From the human T2T-CHM13v2.0 reference genome, Homo sapiens, in NCBI RefSeq assembly GCF_009914755.1, contig NC_060925.1: DNA of 64,000 nt, one strand, 5' to 3'. A program made the translations under genes and the position numbers. Shown here piece after piece: positions 36,517-50,594 of this stretch. The stretch's first letter is position 1. Every line of letters starts with the position of its first letter. The notes under the pieces are model-generated. The model was not told where the DNA came from, searched no databases, and worked only from the letters and a program-made list of their open reading frames with translations.

Positions 36517-36976
36517 CACTCAATTAATGTTCTTTATAATCCCTACGATTGTTCTCAGTTGCAATCTTTAAAAACCTTAGGTATTTCCTCACCCCCTATT
36601 TCATGCCAAAGGAATAGCACAAATCCAAGTGAACCTCCTTAGCAACTTGGGGAATCTGTAACCACCAACGCCCTGGAATTAGTCCCACCCACCTGGGATA
36701 TCCTGAAACTAAAGCCAAGCCAAGGTGAAAGGATTGTTTTGTGGTTATGTGTTCATAAGAATTTTAATCAGCAGCTACATTCCTTGTGAGGCCTTGGAAC
36801 AATCTTCTGACCTTAGTGGAAACAAAAATTTTCCCTTTCAAATTTATTGCCGCTTAAGACCCACACTTTGCTCTAAAGGGACTGCCCAATACTTGGCATT
36901 GCTACCCTATAGTCAATAAAACCAAGATCAAGGTCATCAGCTCATGTTTCTTTTGCTCCATAGTGAATCTCTGAAT

Positions 36977-37142
36977 CAGTGGCTCTCAAGTTTAGCTGCA
37001 TCAGAATCACCTGGAGCACTTGATAAACACAGAGTGCTGGGCCCCACCCCCATGTTTTGATTCAGTAGGTCTGGGGAAAGGCTCAAAGGTCTCTGATGAC
37101 ACTGACACTGTGGGTCTGGGGACCACATTTTGAGAATTACTG
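36977..37142 (-). mobile_element. MER5A MITE
   Basis: CAGTGGCTCTCAA...GCATCAGAATCACCTGGAG...GATTCAGTAGGTCTGGGG...GGGGACCACATTTTGAGAATTACTG. Confidence 0.85.
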
Positions 37143-40100
37143 CTCTAATTTAGAATTTCTAAAAGGAACAACATTACATTTGATTAACTGAGTGTGCTAT
37201 TCATTTGGTATCTCTCAAAAGTGAGAAAGTGTTGGAGACAAATTAAGTTTATAATATTGATCACATGACATTTTAGTCTTTAAATTCTTTCTGAATCATT
37301 AAAGCGAGATTGCACTATGTGAAGTCTAAAGCTTAAAGTTCTTCCTCTTGTAATGTTTTGAAAATTGATAATATATGTTGTTATACGTATGATACCTCTC
37401 ATGTCTAAAAATGCCAAATAATAAGGACATGCTATATTTTATGAAGCTAATTTTAAGAACATATTCCCAGTACACATAAACTTATATTTAGATGTAGACT
37501 ATTAGCATTTTTAAAAATACACAAGAATAAAGAACAAAATCCTTCAAGTACAGTACAAGTTTTTTTGTACTTACAGTACTATTGAAGGAAGGTGGATGGG
37601 AAGAGGACAACATTCAATGAGTAAAATTATAAGCAATTCAGTTTTTGTTATTTCTCTAAATAACATACTTCCTCTTAGGCATTGAAGATATTTTAATAAC
37701 TTTAACTTTGCTTTTTCTGTGAAGTGGCTAATCAGCAAGCACTTCCAAGTGTAATTTAATGAAACGTGAAAAAGTAGTTAAAGAATTTATTAAGCCTAGT
37801 ATATTAAAATCTTCAAAAAAAATTCTATGTTGGACCAGCTGGCTCAAATAAGTAAAGCTAACACATCAATTTCAGCAAATACATAGCAGTGAATTTTGAA
37901 ATTAGAATATAAAAATGTCAGCACTTAAAAATTTTAATCACTGAGTGTCACCTGCAACTCAAATTGACAGAGTGGATAGCAGCAAGGAATTAAGCATAGA
38001 GATTATTTTTACAGAATATAAAAAAAAGAGAACCCCTGTAAGCACTTTGAGTTTGTACCATCTCTTAAGATGCTGTTGCTGTACCCTTCAGCACATTATC
38101 TAATGATACACCAACTGATGTACAGAAAATTACATTAAGAAGGCTGGCATGTTTTAGAAGAAGCCTGTATATAACAATCAGTCCTCAGATCTCAAACCAA
38201 AATGAAGCTTTAAAAATAGTGGGTAATGTACAAACTTCTTAATAAGGCTTTAAATTCTGGGAAGTACTAAGTAAGTGTATCCTCATCTTTCATTAGCAAT
38301 ACTTATCATTAGATCAAAGAATAGGCATTATTAATTTATTAATAAATATAACAAGTATTTCTGAAGCTCCTACTATGTTTCAGGTCTTATTCTAGGTAGT
38401 TGGCATATTTAATCTCACTTTTTCCTCAAACAATATAAAATAAATCAAGGCAAGATTTTCAGATATGTGCAAGGTAGAAGCACTCTTGGCCATGCACTTG
38501 AATTTATAACCACTCCTTTCTAACCTCTATCAATATATATAGATTTATCACATAACTGATTTAAAAAAATGCAGAACAACCACAGCATATGCAATCTATT
38601 TCCACAACTCACCTACACCACAATACCAATTGGTTAATCCTATTCCATCCTATAGTTTAAACAAAGAGACACATAATGATCCTATGTATTATTGTAATTC
38701 AGCTCTTCTCTTGGGATGCCAAAACAGTGAGTTGAGACAAGGTCTATGTTTTTCCTTCTGACCTCTCAATTCTCCACCACCTCCAAAGGCCTACCCAAAT
38801 CAGTGATGTCCAACTTTGTATTTTTTCTCTTTTATGTTAGTGTGCCATTTTAGTGAGAAAAGAAGAAAAGCCAGAAGTTGAGCCTGCTTTGGATTCACTT
38901 TTAGAATGATTTTTTATCTAAGAAAAAGCATGTCTGCACAAATGGATGACTTGCTCATAGGAATTGTATTTTGCAGTGTAGGGCTATAATCTTGGAGTAA
39001 TATTAATTTGTAAACATTGTCTTTGGCACATATATTTGCCTTTGTGGGGTAAAGTTGATGACTTTAAGATAGTATTGGAGTGTCCAAAGTTCTTTTAACC
39101 AAATACCATTTTAATATCAATCTGTAAATGCTTTGCTAAAAACTGTACAAGAAAATTAAAATATCCCAAAGCTGTCTTGGATTGCATCCAAAAACAGGTT
39201 AGCTACCTTAGACATAAAAATATGTAACTGTCACATAATCACATATGTTGGAGAGTAAGGACAAAACTATTACATGACATTCAATATTGTTATGTTGGGA
39301 AAAGCAGAAATAGAAGCTTCTCACAGGGTCTTTGGCTCCTTTACCATTAACTCTCACCTCATTACTTGGTGTTCATATTTAGCAATTAAAAGTTCTGATT
39401 TTCTGATCCCGAGATGAGAGCGCCCTGGAACCAGAAAATAATGTAATCTAAAATACAAAATCTCACTAAAGAAAGTACAACTTTCCTAGATATAGATTAT
39501 AAATATTTCCTTTTCTAACAAAGAATAACCATTTAAGCAAAATAGTACAAACTTAAACTTTTTAAATATTAACATTTAAACTGATATTTCTTTAGGTACA
39601 ATTGCACATTCAAATATTCTTATTTGTATTCAATTATCTCTGTCTATGTCGTTTGTTATTGCCCAATTTAAGCAATATACTTCTCTTTAATTGATACTCC
39701 ATCTTATCTTGCAACCTAGTTTTTCCGTCCTTTCACATTAGGGTATTTTTACTTTAAAAACTCAAATATTTGCTGTACTTGAATTTAGAAAATTATTCCA
39801 GCAACTACTCCTTAAATAGCTTAAGTAATTATCACTAGATCTTACCTTCATCTTTTCCATGAGAGAGAAGAGAGTATATACTTAAAAAAAATGAGTGTCA
39901 GTTCTCAAATTTGGCAAGTAATTCTAGTCTTCATGCTTATCCTATTACTTGCAAGCCAGTCAAAAGGAAGTGCAGTAGATGAACTAAGGAGAAATTCATG
40001 GGGCCTAAATGACTGACATTTACCAAGCATCTTACCAAATGTAACTTCAACAACTCTCTACCAATACATAAGATTTACTTGTTTTCATTCACAGAGAGCT

Positions 40101-40300
40101 TGGACAAAAAGTTGAAACAAGTTCATATCCTAAGCATGATGAATAAGCCATGGCAGCTTACACAGACTTGAAGGCCAACCACCTATGGGCTAGCACAAAG
40201 GAGTTCAGCCTTTTTTGAAGTGGGTGGTTTGACCTCTCTTTATTGTGGAAGCAAAGCAAATGGCCCCAAACCATCTGGTAAGTGAAGCTGGAATACCTGC

Positions 40301-40704
40301 TATGGTAGGCACTATAGGGCTGTTTATATATAATCCAGACCTCCTCCTCCAGGCAAATAAGGGATTGTACTTCTCTTCCTTCTTTGAAATTAGGCATGGT
40401 CATGAGGTCTGCTCTGGCCAGTGAAAAAATGAGTAGGAGTGATGCATGTCTCACCCAGGTGGAAGCCACAAGAGCCAATGTGTGATGCGCCATGCAACCT
40501 TCCACTTAGCACACAATTGCGGCAGTATGGATTGAGCTGAAGCATCTATGAGATGGCGGTCCCTTGGATTGCTATAATGAACAGAGTCCTATTGCTGACC
40601 TGTTTTGTTCACATAGACTGAGTAGAAAATCTATTTATTGTGTTAGATCATTGAGCTTTTGGAATTGTTACCACAGCAAAACGTAGCCTGCCCTGACAGA
40701 TACA
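40301..40704 (+). mobile_element. MLT1I-like MaLR solo LTR
   Basis: TATGGTAGGCACT...TTAGGCATGGTCATG...TGTTACCACAGCA...TAGCCT...CCTGACAGATACA. Confidence 0.78.
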
Positions 40705-41799
40705 CAAGCCACCCTCTATTTGGGGAAAGTCAGGTTAGGTCACTTAATAAATTTTCCATTTATCTTTGAAGCTCAACATATACCATAAAGTTGCACAGAA
40801 ACATATTTGGCCCTGAGGAAACCATATAGTTGGTGACCTGAGTAACTGGGGGTGAATAGGGAGTAATTTTCCACTTAACTAATTTCATTTCAAAACAACA
40901 CAACTCCTAATGCCTTAACCATAGCTTAGCAACCCAGCAACTTTTACAAATTACTGGTAAAAGAATTCTTTAGGAAATGATTTCTGAATATCCCTATGTC
41001 TCTTACATGGAGGAAGTTTACTTAACAAAATTTATACAAGAATTGTAAGTAGAGATTTAAATTACATTTCTTTTCACATAGAAAAAAAATCAGCTTCTTC
41101 TGTGGTTATCAAGACTGAGAAGCAGGGATTATAGATAAGAATGTTATATAACCAGAATGATGTTTTGATTTAGAAAAGAAAGAGAACACATTTTCCAGTG
41201 TCTGGCACAATTCAGTCCATTCATCGAGACCATGAAACACAGTTCAATCCTTCGACCTCAGTTTCTTCTTTATGAAAGGGGCAATGGTGCTCACTATAAG
41301 AGGGCTATAACGGTTCATTGCCATTATTATTGTTGTTGGCTGAGATACAGGTGTAAGAAAATATATCAGTCAAAGCTTTAAAATATGGGACTTGAATGCT
41401 TTGTGATTTAGATATTTTTCTTCCTATCTTTGTGTCAAACACTATCCACTGAAGTTTTGAATGTTTAACTTATGTGGTTGTTAAAATATTGAAGTCCAGC
41501 ACAAGCAACTCTATTATAATGCAAATCCAGTTTCTATTATCATCTAATAAAATCGTGTGTTAGAGGGAGCAGTATCTGAAGATTGTCCCTTAAAAAAGCA
41601 CTTGGGCCTGAGCCCTAATGACACAACCCAGATTCCAAGCCAAATAGAGGTCTGTGCTTTCATCAGGTAGCTCCTTTCTCTTCTTCTCTCTTCTTTCCTG
41701 TGTTACATTCTGGAGTGATAGTCCTTCATGAAGAAATAAGAGAATGGTTTAGTGTGCCTGCTTTCTCAATAAGTGTGAGGGGATTGTGAAAAGTGGAGA

Positions 41800-42350
41800 T
41801 TTTTAAATTTTCTTTTTGACTTTTACATTCAGGGGGTACATGTGCAGGTTTGTTACATGGGTACATTGCATGTTGCTGTGGTTTGGTGTACAAATGATTT
41901 CATCACCCTGGTAGTGAGCATAGTACTCAATAGGTACTTGATAGTTTTGCTACTAAATAGTAGGGAACATTCTCTCCCTCCTCCCACCTGCAGTGTTTGG
42001 TTCTCAGTTCCTGCGTTAATTTGCCTATGATAATCGGCTCCAGCTGCGTTCGTGTTGCTGCAAAGAACATGATTTCATTTTTTCATGGCTGTATAGTATT
42101 CCATGGTGTATATGTACTACATTTTCTTTAGCCACTCCACCAGTGATGGGCATCTAGGTTGATTCCATGTCTTTGCTATTGTGAATAATGCTGTGATGAC
42201 CATATGGGTGCATGTGTCTTTTTGGTAGAACGATTTATATTCCTTTGGGTATATACCCAGTAATGGGATTGGTAGGTTGTGATATTTCTGCTTTAAGTTC
42301 TTTGAGAAATCTCCAAACTGCTTTCCATAGTGGCTGAACTAACTTACATT
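41800..42350 (-). mobile_element. L1PA15/16-type 3' end
   Basis: TTCAGGGGGTACATGTGCAGGTTTGTTACATGGGTA...TATATACCCAGTAATGGGATT...TGAGAAATCTCCAAACTGCTTTCCA. Confidence 0.88.
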
Positions 42351-42529
42351 GTTGCTAAACAGCTTCACTCCATTTTGAATCCACATCACTGACTGGACCC
42401 TAAGCGTTTTTAAGCATCAGGCAAAAGACAGTCTACTCAGGCTCCTCTCTATCTTAACAAACACTTGAATTAAAAATGTTGTGCCTAACAGCAAACATTT
42501 CTTGGGCAATTTTATGGAATGTAAAGGAA

Positions 42530-42750
42530 AAGAAAACTACACATTTTTGAGTCTACTATGTGTTGGGTGCTTTTCTAACAGTATCACACTTGACCCTTCC
42601 AATTCATTGAGTTGGATAGTGTTACTTCAACTTTTCAAACGAAAAAACTGCTTTTTTGGAGAAGTAGAAGAAATTCACCAAATTTATCTGTTGCTAGTTC
42701 ACTCTTGTGTCCAGACTCACGATCTCTCTATGGCACCATACTGCTTTCTT
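42530..42750 (-). mobile_element. MIR SINE
   Basis: CATTTTTGAGTCTACTATGTG...GCACCATACTGC antisense MIR. Confidence 0.55.
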
Positions 42751-43189
42751 TAAGGAAATTACAATTTAAATAAGCCAAGCAATTTACCCTACCTCTACAA
42801 ACCTCAGTTACATCCTTTGGAACATAATGATAATTATAATTCATAAAATTCGGGAAAAGTAAATAGAGGAACAAACAGGATTAATTGTACAAGTGAAAAA
42901 TTCACATAGGCTGTTCTATATGATAAGAGTAAAGGAATGTGATAGATCGGAGTGTTTGTGTAGAAATGAAGTAGGACAGAAACTTCAAGGTGAAGTGTGG
43001 TCAAGCTTCTTTTACTCTTGAATTTCAAAACTTTGTATTTTACAATATGAGAAATGATAAAAGATTGATTAGCTGTTAGGTGGGGTGCAAAGTAGTAGAC
43101 AGATATGAAACCTGAACATTATCTGTATAATGTATTTTAACATGATTATTTCTTCAAGGATCTGCTGTTATCACTAGAGGAATTATTGC

Positions 43190-43610
43190 CCAGAATGTGG
43201 ACCAAAGGTTAGAAGACTCCACATTGGAATCCTGGGTCCGCCGTTAAATAATGAGGAACAAGCACTACCTCGTAAGATCTTACCCTCATCATTTATAAAG
43301 TGATGATTTAAAAATAAGTCTTTCCTATGTTGTGATCCTAAGGATGCAATGTAATAAAGCATTTAAGATCATAGGCCTTTGGGGGCAGAAGAAACTGGCC
43401 TACATAGTCCTCTTCTAGCCATGTTTTAGCTCTCTTATCTTAGAAAAAATAAAATCTCTTTAAGCCTCAGTTTCAATAACTGGAGAATAGGGAAAATAAT
43501 AGTTCATTCCTCATAGGGTTGTTGAGAGCATTAACAATAGATAAAATTCTGCATATATATAATTCAAGACTTGGCATATAGATTGTTTTAAAAAATATAT
43601 GTAATTATAG
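43190..43610 (+). mobile_element. Two adjacent MIR remnants
   Basis: GAATCCTGGGTCCGCC...CCTCATC.TTTATAAAGTG and GCCTCAGTTTC...CCTCATAGGGTTGTTGAGAGCATTAA. Confidence 0.65.
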
Positions 43611-46034
43611 TGAGTAATATACTCATAGGCATTCCACAAGGAGACATCCAAGTGTGGTGTCAGTCTTTCTAAGTTTGACAAACAAGTAAGCTGTTTAAAG
43701 CCGACCACCCTCTAGAATGAGAGGTTGGGATTACTGTGGACTACAAAGATGTATGGCAAACAGTATTTTATATTCTTCTTGGATGTCCTCCTCTTCTCAA
43801 TTCCCCAGAATATAAAGTCATATTTTGGGGGGACTGTTTGTGTTTTGACTATTAGAAACATAAGCTGACTTAGGGCATGCAGTGAGGAGTACCGAAGGCA
43901 AAAAACAAACGATGAGACCCCTTTCAACAGCCTCGCATCTAGGGAAAAAGGCACATGCTGTGTGTCAGCCCAGCCCACCCTGGGAGAGGAAAAGACTACT
44001 AGTGAAGTAGTAATGTTAAAGAGAAGAAAAAGTGAGTGTTTTTTTGGTGGGGAACCATTAACACTTTCCAAAAATACACAAAACCAACTTGAAGTTCAAT
44101 TAAGGGCTGCAAAAGGGAGAAGAGTATGCTATATCTTCAGCATCTGGACCAGAACTAGTACATGAAGTAATACATATCTGTCACTGACAGCTTTCTTGGC
44201 TATTTTTAATTCAGTCTAATTAGTCATGTCTTCTCCTGCAAGTATAGGAATCAGTCAGAATGTGGGTAACAGTTATGAAACTACCTTTTGGAGAACTCCT
44301 TTGCATATTATTGTAGAAGACAACCATAAAGTCCTATAAATGATAGTCTCCATAAATGTCAACCCAGATAATTCAACTGATGTCAAGAAGCAGAGGTTGG
44401 ATGGGCTGTCATACATACTGGGGTTGAATACAGCATATGACATCAAAATCATGGCTTTGTAAACATTTCCTTCTTCGCATGCAGATTTAATTATCTTGAA
44501 CCCCAGAGAAGAGCAAAGCTGGGGCCAGCATCATTTCAAAGGAAAGAAAAATGTGTTCCTATTTTTACAGCCTTGTAAAAGCAAGGAAATGTCTGAAGAG
44601 AAGAAAAAATAGTTTCGAAGAAGAATGCAATATGCCCCAACCCAAACTTATTCAAGATGTCATTCCTGGATAGAATTCTACACTCTCAGCATTAGACAGG
44701 CTGCTTAAGCAAAGGCAGGTTCTACATAGACTGTCATCTGAACATGATATTGATGGATCGTTTTTACAAACAGGCTGGACTGCAATGAAAAGCCTTGTGA
44801 ATGTGCTAAGACTGCTTTAAGAAGTCACTGGAGACCAGAGTGCCTGAAGGAGAGGATCTAAGCCAAGTCCTATGAACAGTTCATAATATGTGAATAATGA
44901 AGCACTTCAGGAAAAAAAAAACATATATATGATGAAGATATTCCCAAAGACATTTCTTGTGTCACTAATATTTTCGAGAACCCTCCTAGCAGCAACCTTA
45001 TTAGGTGTTTCAGGATATGCAATACGTTTTTTTCATGACACTCTGATCCACAGTTCTTTTTTTTTCTCTCAAGTCACATAGAACAGGCTTCCATTGCACT
45101 AAAGCAGGTAGAAGTCTTGTCTGAAATAAGCTTGAGACAATATAATGAATCAACTCAATGTAGAAACATTATACACACACGTGTAACTAGAACTGTTGGG
45201 GCCTTTCAAGGGCAATAAGGAAAGAGAGGATATTGATGAAATAAAAAAATCTGCCTTCTTGCAAATGGAAAACCTGCAACTATTGCAAACAATCCCACCC
45301 AGAACCTAATTTCAACACAGAACATATGACTCAGACCAAAAGGCATTTGGTCATTTTTTGCTCACTCACCTGCCCAACTACAATTTTTCTTGGAGCTTTA
45401 ATATTCAATTGCAAGTTCTTGAATTGAAATTTAAGGCTTTGAAAATATATTAACTTAAATTATTATCTAGTTTACTGATTTTTCATCACTTAAATCAGGT
45501 TTTATAAGAGGAGTTTGTTATTGTACACTCCCAGAGATTTTAAGTTCAAAAGAAATGAACTGAAATGGCTTTATTTAAATTGCAGATGGCTACTTAAAAA
45601 GATTCTGGTTAGAGCATGTTCAGATAAAAAATAAAGACAGGGTACCATTATTTTTCAAATATAATCCTCAGCTATTGTTACCAACATATGCCTGCCATAG
45701 GATTACAGAAAGGAAAAGTAGGAAGAAGTTTAAGGGGTCATCCTGCTCATTTTTTGGCATTTAAGTCTTTATTTAAAACAAACAAACAAAACAAACAAAC
45801 AAAAAAAATAAGACAGAACTTCCGTATACCCTCTTAGCAAGCTCTTTTAGTACATCTGAAAGCCTATTCCTTTAGTCATATGTTCACTGAATATTAAACA
45901 TCACTGTTTACCATTCTTATAGGTAGCCCTTTGCATGGTGAAGACTTAATTGTATCTATTTATAGACAGTTTTTCAGTTGCTGAATCACATTCTTATAGG
46001 CCTACTTTGATCTTCACAAAATTCTTTTGTGATA

Positions 46035-46280
46035 GACAGAGCAGGTCAACCCTCAGGCGCCAGGGCAGGGTTTATGTTTTTCATCACTGATGCTAAACAT
46101 ATAGAATGTGCTTAATGGTATTTCTTGAATAAATGGTTGAAGTATCCCCTTTCACACAACATGAAAACCAAGGCTCCGTGAGATTCAGTGAGATTCCCAA
46201 GGTCTATTTGTTGAAAAAGTACCATTGAGGCTGGCTTTGAGGGATTTTGATTATTACTCTGGAGTTCTGTGCACTCACTA
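46035..46280. mobile_element. L2 tail (+) followed by MIR fragment (-)
   Basis: CAGGGCAGGG...GTGCTTAAT...TTGAATAAATG, then TATCCCCTTTCACA...GAAAACCAAGGCTC...CCCAAGGTC. Confidence 0.5.
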
Positions 46281-46599
46281 ATTTATTAGGTCTTCATATA
46301 ACTTACACATACTACCTTCTAGTATTCATTCCCAAACTCTAAAAAAAAAAAAAAAAAAAGATAAAGAAAAAGAAAAAAAAAGCTTATGAGGCAGAATAAA
46401 AATGAAAAATCTATTGGCTTCTTTATTTTGAAATCTTAATACTAAATTGTATTGTAAAGACCAAAAAAAATTAAAATAATAAAATACATTCTTTTCTGAG
46501 AATTCATTCTTCATAGGAGAAAATATTGGCTCAAGAATAATAGTTAAATGTTAAGTATTCTATATAAGTTGTCTATTGATTGATAATAACATTGTTTTA

Positions 46600-46770
46600 G
46601 ATATATTAGATGCTTGTTGACTCAGCACTTTCACATATATTACTTTCTGAACCCACATAAGAGCATTTATTCCCATTTTACAGATAAGGAAGTGGTGAGG
46701 AAGAGGCTATATGATTGCATCCAGGTCTTAGGTCTTAATCTCAGGTTGTCTGCCTCTACGGAATGTTGGC
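46600..46770 (-). mobile_element. MIR SINE
   Basis: GCACTTTCACATATAT...TTCCCATTTTACAGATAAGGAA. Confidence 0.65.
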
Positions 46771-47612
46771 TGTGACACTGACATTTATCAATTTTGATTC
46801 CTATTTTGAATGATGACCCTTTTAAGCCTTGTTGCATTTGTCTAACTATAATTCTTTTTTTTACTGAGAATTTCAGGGTAAAAAGGACACTTGCCAAAAA
46901 ACCTAAGGGAATGCAGAGTACGACCATATGAAACTGAACAGTGCTGACTTCTATATTTTACTATTTGGCGGGGTTATTCAATGAATATGGGAATGGGTGC
47001 CTAGCCAGGAGACGTATGTGTAGAAAAGAGCCACCAGAAGTCATTCTGATTAAAATATCTCTTCTCTTATAAATATTTGAGCACTTAGAAATTAATCTGG
47101 ACTAGGAAACTCCTCCTTTTAAAAGCAAATATCCTGGGAAGATCAAATCTCTAAGTCATAGTGACAATTATTTTAATAATCACATGAATATCAAGCTGAA
47201 AATAAGTAATTCAGGAAATGGGAGTTTTGCTGGGCAGAGGAAGAAGAGATCATTTGAGAGCATTGAGGATATTAAGCACCAGTGGTAAGGGAAGAACTTT
47301 GTACAGCTAGAAAGCATTAGAAGGGCTCTGAATATTAGGAAAGTTGAAGGCAAACAGGCGGTCAATAGGTAATTGTACACTAGAGGTTACTTCTGCACTG
47401 GGCCCTGGATAGCAGCCGTGTGTTACTGAAAATTATCTTCTGTACATGGCTGTTAATTTTGGATATCTAGATTCCAAATAACTTTTAAGGATACAAATAT
47501 AAGTCTTCTTAAGTCAGCTCTGTGTCTCTGCAGTCTAATGTAGCTTAATCTTCTGTAAGTCACTGCTACATTAAAGTCAGAGCTGTCCTAATCGGTTGCT
47601 ATAATGTACAGG

Positions 47613-47668
47613 CACACACACACACACACACACACATATGCACACATGCACACATACATATATACACA
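47613..47668. repeat. (CA)n microsatellite with degenerate tail
   Basis: Directly visible. Confidence 0.9.
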
Positions 47669-47794
47669 AGCAGGCACTAATAAGGAAGATGAGAAGAAAG
47701 GGCTAATTTCCAGACACTTGGCAATTCTAATTTTAAAATTCGAACACTCCCTCTCTTAAGATCCTTTCCTTTTTGTCTTTCTCAACTTCCCTTC

Positions 47795-48030
47795 TCATTC
47801 ATCCATTCAACTAGTATTTTCTATGCTCGAATTATCTGCAAAGTAGTGTGTTGAATTTTAGAGATTTTGTAATGAACCAACTGACTCCTGCATCGAGGAG
47901 CTCAAATTCCAGTGTGGTGCTGTAATGGGAATATAGATAGGACGGTATGGGAGCAAGAAAAGTGTAGTCCTTATTGAGCTGGAGTGTTAGGAAACTTTTA
48001 GGAGATCATGTTAGTTGAGTCTTGCTTTTC
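47795..48030 (-). mobile_element. L2 3' fragment
   Basis: CATTCATCCATTCAACTAGTATTT...CTCCTGCATCGAGGAGCTCA. Confidence 0.6.
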
Positions 48031-50154
48031 AGGTGGGGTTCACATTTCTGCAAGTTATCAACTCAGTTGTTTCTGAGGCTCTGTTAAGTTCTTGCTAAAC
48101 CCAAATTCTCCCTACAGGAAAAATCCTACAGAGGCTGGTAAATCTAATTATCATTTGGGCATTGAATTTTAGCCATCAAACCACTACACCATTTCAGGGA
48201 AATCTACAGCCATTTTTCTTCACCTAATGACAAAGGTATACATGCAGTTAGTCAACAGCAGTCAACATATTCCTATAACAAAAGAAAAAAGATAGGTTTT
48301 TTAATGTTGAATTAATATAATAATATCAGTTCTCATATTAATGAGATATAATAATATTGAATTCTAATAATAATATCAGTTCTCATATTTCAAATTCATT
48401 TAAATATGGGTTTATCACTCTATCTGACCCTTGCAGTTCTTTATGTAGTAAGTATATATAAATGCAAGCTCTGCATAATGATTTATTGAATGAAAGACCA
48501 ACAGTGTGATCTTAACTGATTTTTTATTTTTCTTAGTTGTCTACGTCTTGATAGAAGAGTAAAACAGGATCTGCTTTACATGATCAGTTTCAGGCCATTA
48601 ATATTTGAAAGATTTTTCTAGGCATTTGTTGGAAAATACTTTTACATTATAAGCACTTTGTGGTGTGGTCACTTTTTAAGGTTTAGGAACTGTCTGTCTA
48701 TGTCTAAGAATTACTTAGAGATATTATTAAGACTTAAGCTCCTAAGTCACTTATATGCACGCTGGGTGGGGAGTGTGTGGGAGGGAGAAAAACATTGAAT
48801 TGTTTTGTTGCTCTTAGTTCAATAAAGTGAAGAAAAAAAATGGGGACAATCTCTTGGATTTGTAGCAACAATGGGATAGAACATATGATAGAATGAGGGA
48901 GACACAGGAGGGGGCTGAATGGTCCCCAGCCTCAACAAATGTGTGTAATGGGCCCTAAATTTAAAAGGAAAAAAAAAATTCCTAGGTGACTAATGTGGTT
49001 ATAATGAACAATTAAAGCAGGTTAACAAGCTGCAGAGTGCATTCTTATTCAACCAGCAGAAATCAGTCATTGGGGCTTTCAAGAGATAAGAGAAACTATT
49101 GACAGGCTTGAGGAGAGCAGCTGAAATTACACAGTCACTCCACACTCTTTATACATTTGTCACTAGTGGATGTAAATATTTATGGCTCAGATGACAAACG
49201 ACTTACCTTATTTGGTGATTTGAGCCTCTGCTGCAATTCCAGGGTCACCAGAGTGGTGGTAAGTTTCTGCTGAGATCTGGGCTGGATTAAGGCTAGGGAG
49301 TCGTAGCAGCTGCAAATGAAAATGTGTCATAACCCATTCCACCCCTATAATCCTCCAACTTTCACACATGTCCCCAAAGCAATCCCCTGCCCCCCACCAG
49401 AAAAATATTAAGAAAATCTGTTTCTTGGGCTGTAAGGGGAAACTCCAGTATCTGGAATTTAAAAGAATGTGGAGTGCAGAGAAGGAGCTAAACTAAGCAC
49501 GTTCAGAGTGTGCATAAAATTAAAACACACCAACCTCATCTGTTGAACAGCATGGCGCTCTGGCAGTTCATAAGCAAATGTTTAATAATATTTATAGTTC
49601 AGCTAAATAAGGAATTAATAAAGAAAAAAGTGGATTGTCCTGGATGAGATCAACTCGGTATGCTCTCCCAGATGTTGGTTTTAGGTTTAGGTAGCATAGA
49701 ATCACCTATGGTCACCAAAGAGTGCAGGAGAGTTTGGTAAAGGAGCTCAGCCCAGGGAATGCCTTTAAAGAGATAATCTTTACATGCTTTCCTATGCTTC
49801 GATAAAATTCTGTGCCACTGGTCAGGGAGACAACACTTTTTCCTTCTGTTTTCCAACTGTGATCCTTGGTTACAACCACAAGAATGTGAAGAAAAATCTA
49901 CTTAAAATGGTCTTTTAGGGGTAGAACTTATACCAGATGAGTTACAATTACAGAATATTAGAGATGTTTTTTGTCCTAGATACTGGGTCTTGAAACTACT
50001 TTCCTTGAAACTATTAAAACCTTAAGTGGATTTTTAACCCCCTGAAGTTGACTACACTGCTGTGCATCCAGACTTAAAGCTGCCCTGAGGTTCTCTTGAT
50101 GGGAAGTTTTCTCAACTGACAGCTCCCAGATTTGAGGAAATAAGTCTATAACCA

Positions 50155-50381
50155 TGTATTTATATATATACACATATATATAATATATGTATGTATGTAT
50201 ATATATGTATATATGTATATGTATTATCTATCTATACATATATATGCATATATATAGAATATATATGTATATATGCATATATACATATATGTACGTATAT
50301 GTATATATGCATATATATACGTATATATGTGTATATATGTGTATATATGTATATATGTATATATATGTGTATATATATATT
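50155..50381. repeat. Interrupted (TA)n/(TATG)n compound microsatellite
   Basis: Directly visible; explains ORFs 50187..50387 and 50191..50424. Confidence 0.95.
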
Positions 50382-50594
50382 CTCTGATCAAGGCATTTTT
50401 ATACTACTACTTGGGGGAAAATGACTAGAAAGCCTTCTTTTAGAAAGAAAAAAATTCATAAGAATTAACATTCCAAGAATTACATGGAAATTACGATAAA
50501 TTTTCCTTTAACTAATCTTCTGTGCACCAAGAGATCCACATTTATATGCAGCTTTTTTCTACCCAATACAGGTAAGTACAACAGAAATTGAAGT

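Noticed and set aside
46341-46381. Orphan poly(A) as a processed-pseudogene tail
   Set aside because: No upstream poly(A) signal, ORF or TSD was found.
50187-50424. Y/I/M/C-rich ORFs
   Set aside because: Translation of the TA-rich microsatellite.
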